A stretch of 64,000 nt of DNA, taken from assembly GCA_963810935.1 (NCBI GenBank), contig CAWEPK010000010.1, positions 128,001 to 192,000 of the forward strand, written 5' to 3'. Positions 62,791 to 64,000 of this stretch are shown piece after piece. Origin of the DNA: an uncultured delta proteobacterium (lineage in GTDB: Bacteria; Desulfobacterota; Syntrophorhabdia; Syntrophorhabdales; WCHB1-27). The position numbers and the translations under genes were made by a program. Position 1 is the stretch's first letter; every line of letters starts with the position of its first letter. Under the pieces are notes generated by a model. The model was not told the origin of the DNA. It did no database searches and worked only from the letters and a program-made list of their open reading frames with translations.

Positions 62791-64000
62791 ATGCCTATAG
62801 AAGGGTTCAATCCATACAGGCCGGAGGATGCGGCGAGGTACAACAAATACCGGTGGTGGCTGGGCATCACCTGGGGGGACATGTTCGATAAGGCGACGGA
62901 CCTCTACCCGGACAAGGAGGGCCTGGTCGACGATACAAACCGCTTCACTTATCGGCAGCTTCGCCGGATGGTGGACAGCCTTGCGGTGGGGTTCATGGAC
63001 CTCGGGATCGGGCAGCGCGATTTCGTGCTCGTCCAGATCCCCAACTGGCACGAATACATCATCACTTTTTACGCATTACAGAAGATAGGCGCCATACCGG
63101 TCCTTTTGATCGCCAGGCACGGCCTCGCGGAAATCCTTCATATCGCTTCGCTGACCAACCCTGTCGCGTGGATAGGACCGGACCGCTACAGGAACACCGA
63201 GTTCCTGCCCATGCTGAAGCAGGTCACGGAAAAGAACCCGCGCCTGCGCCACTTGATATCGGTACGGGGACAGAGCGCGGAATTCAGACCCCTGGAGTCG
63301 TTGATGAGGCCGCGCGAGCTTTCTACCACAGACCTGGAGGCGATAGCCGCCCGGCGTCCCGACCCGATGGAGGTATCGATGATACTCCTGACGGGAGGCA
63401 CTACCGGGCTGCCCAAGGCCGTGCCCAGGACCCACAACGACTATATCGCCAGCGTGGAGTACCATTCGAGGCCGTGGGAGATCACGAGCAGCGACGTGCT
63501 CCTTACAGTGGCCCCCGTGAGCCACGCCCAGGGCATGCACAACGGAGTGGGCGGGGCTTTTTTCAACTTCGCGAAGTACGTGGTCACCGATTCCACGGAG
63601 GCGGAGGACATTTGCAGGGTTATCGAGCGTGAAAAGGTCACGGCCTTCCCTACCGTGCCCGCTCTCGTCCAAAGGATCGTCACCCTCCCGAACCTCGGGG
63701 ATTTCGACCTAAGCTCGCTAAAGAAGATTTACGCGGGCGGCGCGCCGAGCACACCCGAGCTGGTAAGGAGCGTTTACGAAAAAATAGGCTGTAAATTCGT
63801 GAACACCCTGGGGGCTGCCGAAGGCCTCGGCGCGATGACGCGCCTCGACGCCGACGTCGAGACCGTTTGCACCACCGTCGGCCAAAAGGACTGTCCCTAT
63901 TCTTATTACAAGGTGATCGACCAGTACGGGCAGGCGTTGCCGGCCAACCGCGAAGGGGAGCTGGTCGCAAAAGGCCCGAACATTTTCTCCGGCTATTTTA
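62791..64000 (+). CDS. AMP-binding aryl-acid ligase (EntE/DhbE-like), runs off window
   Basis: Hand translation MPIEGFNPYRPEDAARYNKYRWWLGITWGDMFDKATDLYP; TGGTTGLPK, RTHNDY; paralog of 3937-5589. Confidence 0.9.
   Translation, partial: MPIEGFNPYRPEDAARYNKYRWWLGITWGDMFDKATDLYPDKEGLVDDTNRFTYRQLRRMVDSLAVGFMDLGIGQRDFVLVQIPNWHEYIITFYALQKIGAIPVLLIARHGLAEILHIASLTNPVAWIGPDRYRNTEFLPMLKQVTEKNPRLRHLISVRGQSAEFRPLESLMRPRELSTTDLEAIAARRPDPMEVSMILLTGGTTGLPKAVPRTHNDYIASVEYHSRPWEITSSDVLLTVAPVSHAQGMHNGVGGAFFNFAKYVVTDSTEAEDICRVIEREKVTAFPTVPALVQRIVTLPNLGDFDLSSLKKIYAGGAPSTPELVRSVYEKIGCKFVNTLGAAEGLGAMTRLDADVETVCTTVGQKDCPYSYYKVIDQYGQALPANREGELVAKGPNIFSGYF

Overview
GC-rich chromosomal window from an anaerobic deltaproteobacterium; the gene content suggests a Syntrophorhabdus/Syntrophus-like aromatic degrader (inference). 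Each end carries a catabolic module of IclR regulator, EntE/DhbE-like AMP ligase and xanthine-dehydrogenase-family Mo enzyme. The left module adds a TRAP transporter and an old-yellow-enzyme gene. In the right module the FAD subunit has a whole GltD-like domain inserted. Between them lie: a c-di-GMP-I riboswitch leading a PEP-CTERM surface protein with Cys-Gln thioester-domain motifs; a tetrahaem cytochrome plus Tat flavoprotein; an AmmeMemoRadiSam operon with apparent export signals; AsmA/OmpA envelope genes; glgX; the core rimP-nusA-infB-rbfA-truB-rpsO-pnp-dut-xerD operon; and a glutaryl-CoA dehydrogenase-like gene with a biotin carrier. A complete IS110 (IS621-like) element at 31306-32454 can be decoded by eye: CT cores, circle-junction promoter, and bridge-RNA guides matching its own donor and flanks. 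All five single-base frameshifts found (amrS, xerD, pnp twice, iclR) sit at GAGCTG/CAGCTC, which points to a DNA-modification-linked sequencing artefact rather than real pseudogenes. No rRNA, tRNA or CRISPR array was seen.
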